In this document: positions 61,301-64,000 of the stretch, piece after piece | Layout of the letters: every line of letters starts with the position of its first letter | Position numbering within the stretch: position 1 is the stretch's first letter | NCBI GenBank assembly: GCA_964016885.1 | Contig: OZ024744.1 | Location: 130,634,001-130,698,000, forward strand | Reading direction: 5' to 3' | Length of the DNA stretch: 64,000 bases | From: Eledone cirrhosa | Lineage: Eukaryota | Notes under the pieces: generated by a model | Database searches by the model: none | Told to the model about the DNA's origin: nothing | What the model saw: only the letters and a program-made list of their open reading frames with translations | Made by a program: the position numbers and the translations under genes

Positions 61301-64000
61301 GGGATAATTTAAGTTGGGGTTAAGTTAAGTTGGGTTTAAGTTAAGTTGGGGTTAAGTTAAGTTGGGGATAAGTTAAGATGGGGTTAAGTTAAGTTGGGGT
61401 TAAGTTAAGTTGGGGTTAAGTTAAGTTGGGGCTAAGTTATGTTGGGGCTGAGTTAAGTTGGGGTTAAGTTAAGTTGGGGTTAAGTTAAGTTGGGGTTAAT
61501 TTAAGTTGGGGTTTATTTAAGTTGGGGTTAAGTTAAGTTGGGGTTCAGTTAAGTTGGGGTTAAGTTAAGTTGGGGTTAAGATGGGGTTAAATTAAGTTGG
61601 GGTTAAGTTAAGTTGGGGTTAAGTTAAGTTGGGGTTAAGTTAAGTCGGGGTTAAGTTAAGTCGGGGTTAAGTTAAGTTAGGGGTAAGTTAAGTTGGGGGC
61701 AAGTTAAGTTGGGGTTAATTTAAGTTGGGGTTAAATTAAGTTGGGGTTAAGTTAAGTTGGTGTTAAGTTAAGTTGGGGTTAATTTAAGTTGGGGTTAATT
61801 AAGTTGGGGTTAAGTTAAGTTGGGGTTAAGTTAAGTTGGGGTTAATTTAAGTTGGGGTTGAGTTAAGTTGGGGTTAAGTTAAGTTGGGGTTATATTAAGT
61901 TGGGGTTAAGTTAAGTTGGGGTTCAGTTAAGTTGGGGTTAAGTTAAGTTGGGGTTAAGTTAAGTTGAGGTTAACTTAAGTTGGGGTTAAGTTAAGTTGGT
62001 GTTAAGTTAAGTTGGGGCTAAGTTAAGTTGGGGCTGAGTTAAGTTGGGGCTGAGTTAAGTTGGGGCTAAGTTAAGTTGGGGTTGAGTTAAGTTGGGGTTA
62101 AGTTGGGGTTAAGTTAAGTTAGGTTTAAGTTAAGTTGGGGTTAAGTTAAGTTGGGGTTAAGTTAAGTTGGGGTTAAGTTAAGTTGGTGTTAAGTTAAGTT
62201 GGGGTTAAGTTAAGTTGGGGTTAAGTTAATTTGTGGTTAAGTTAAGTTGTGGTTAAGTTAAGTTGGGGTTAAGTTAAGTTGGGGTTAAGTTAAGTCGGGG
62301 TTAAGTTAAGTTGGGGTTAAGTTAAGTTGGGGTTAAGTTAAGTTGGGGTTAAGTTAAGTTGGGGTTAAGTTAAGTTGGGGTTAAGTTAAGTCGGGGTTAA
62401 GTTAAGTTGGGGTTAAGTTAAGTTGGGGTTAAGTTAAGTTGGTTAGTTAAGTTGAGTTTAAGTTAAGTTGGGGTTAATTTAAGTTGGGGTTAAGTTAAGC
62501 TGGGGTTAAGTTAAGTTGGGGTTAAGTTAAGTTGGGGTTAATTTAAGTTGGGGTTAAGTTAAGTTGCGGGTAATTTAAGTTGGGGTTAAGTTAAGTTGGG
62601 GTTAAGTTAAGTTGGGGTTAAGTTAAGTTGGGGTTAAGTTAATTTGGGGTTAAGTTAAGTTGGGGCTAATTTAAGTTGGAGCTGAGTTAAGTTGGGGTTA
62701 AGTTAAGCTGGGGTTAAGTTAAGTTGGGGTTAAGTTAAGTTGGGGTTAAGTTAAGTTGGGGTTTATTTAAGTTGGGGTTAAGTTAAGTTGGGGTTCAGTT
62801 AAGTTGGGGTTCAGTTAAGTTGGGGTTAAGTTAAGTTGGGGTTAAGATGGGGTTAAATTACGTTGGAGTTAAGTTAAGTTGGGGTTAAGTTAAGTTGGGG
62901 TTAAGTTAAGTTGGGGTTAAGTTAAGTCGGGGTTAATTTAAGTCGGGGTTAAGTTAAGTTAGGGTTCAGTTAAGTTGGGGTTAAGTTAAGTTGGGGTTGA
63001 GTTAAGTTGGGGTTGAGTTAAATTGGGGTTGAGTTAAGTTGGGGTTGAGTTAAGTTGGTGTTGAGTTAAGTTGGGGTTAAGTTAAATTGGGGTTAATTTA
63101 AGTTGGGGTTAAGTTAAGTTGGGGTTAAGTTAAGTTGGGGTTAAGTTAAGTTGGGGTTAATTTAAGTTGGGGTTAAGTTAAGGTGCGGGTAAGTTAAGTT
63201 GGGCTTAAGTTAAGTTGGGGCTAAGTTAAGTTGGGGCTCAGTTAAGTTGGGGCTAAGTTAAGTTGGGGTTAAGTTAAGTTGGGGTTAAGTTAAGTCGGGG
63301 TTAAGTTAAGTTGGGGTTAAGTTAAGTTGGGGTTAATTTAAGTTGGGGTTAAGTTAAGTTGGGGTTAAGTTAAGTTGGGGTTAAGTTAAGTTGGGTTTAA
63401 TTTAAGTTGGGGTTAAGTTAAGTTGGGGTTGAGTTAAGTTGGGGCTGAGTTAATTTGGGGTTAAGTTAAGTTGGGGTTAAGTTAAGTTGGGTTTAAGTTA
63501 AGTTGGGGTTAAATTAAGTTGGGGTTAAATTAAGTTGGGGTTAAGTTAAGTTGGGGGTAAGTTAAGTTGGGGGCAAGTTAAGTTGGGGTTAATTTAAGTT
63601 GGGGTTAAATTAAGTTGGGGTTACGTTAAGTTGGTGTTAAGTTAAGTTGGGGTTAATTTAAGTTGGGGTTAATTAAGTTGGGGTTAAGTTAAGTTGGGGT
63701 TAAGTTAAGTTGGGGTTAATTTAAGTTGGGGTTAAGTTAAGTCGGGGTTAAGTTAAGTTGGGGTTAAGTTAAGTTGGGGTTAAGTTAAGTTGGTTAGTTA
63801 AGTTGAGTTTAAGTTAAGTTGGGGTTAATTTAAGTTGGGGTTAAGTTAAGCTGGGGTTAAGTTAAGTTGGGGTTAAGTTAAGTTGGGGTTAATTTAAGTT
63901 GGGGTTAAGTTAAGTTGCGGGTAATTTAAGTTGGGGTTAAGTTAAGTTGGGGTTAAGTTAAGTTGGGGTTAAGTTAAGTTGGGGTTAAGTTAATTTGGGG
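57044..64000 (+). repeat. Long-range direct copy of window positions 1 to ~6860 (offset 57,043 rising to 57,139)
   Basis: Shared private markers: GGGGGCAAG...AAGATGGGG junction 1669/58712, TTAGGGCT 2170/59213, GATAAGTTAAGATGGGG 4335/61378, TTGGAGCTGAG 5589/62680, TTGCGGG 6779/63918. Confidence 0.85.

Larger units (their letters stand above)
1..64000 (+). repeat. Satellite / telomere-like tandem array, 16-bp monomer TTAAGTTAAGTTGGGG, ~4,000 copies, running off both window ends
   Basis: The monomer is read continuously from base 1 to 64000. The G-rich strand is + except in six 175-bp inverted blocks. The consensus has 6 T, 4 A, 6 G and no C. Variant monomers are mostly single substitutions or short indels (11-, 13- and 15-mers). 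Confidence 0.99.

Noticed and set aside
1-64000. Protein-coding ORFs, including repetitive-protein ORFs
   Set aside because: Each monomer has two TAA triplets on each strand, and the 16-bp period rotates them through all frames, so no frame stays open for more than a few codons under the standard code. No complexity suggests coding under alternative codes either.
1-64000. CRISPR array
   Set aside because: Monomers abut directly with no unique spacers, leader or cas genes.
1-64000. Canonical TTAGGG or TTAGG telomere tract
   Set aside because: TTAGGG and TTAGG occur only as isolated variant monomers (e.g. ~1103, ~7928), never in tandem.
1-64000. A single regular higher-order repeat period, or information encoded in the variant order
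   Set aside because: Observed offsets are heterogeneous and explained by nested duplications; nothing supports a fixed period or a code.

Overview
The whole 64 kb window is one non-coding tandem array of a 16-bp G-rich, telomere-like monomer, consensus TTAAGTTAAGTTGGGG (TTAAG-TTAAG-TTGGGG), roughly 4,000 copies. I see no genes, RNA genes, CRISPR spacers or mobile-element sequence; the monomer places TAA stops in all six frames. Rare variant monomers recur in fixed order and reveal a nested duplication history, with offsets of 1,089, 1,618, ~2,600, 4,682, ~6,720-6,780 and ~57,040-57,140 bp. The clearest anomaly is a 175-bp inverted (C-rich) block present six times (starts 7638, 32864, 39273, 40362, 43955, 45044). 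All six share the same junctions, including a spacer-less palindromic left junction GGGGTT|AACCCC, and are followed by an unusually diverged flank. The most likely interpretation is a eukaryotic satellite or (sub)telomeric array maintained by recombination. The organism and chromosomal position cannot be determined from the sequence. Offsets were read by eye from marker variants, block boundaries are approximate, and assembly artefacts cannot be excluded.
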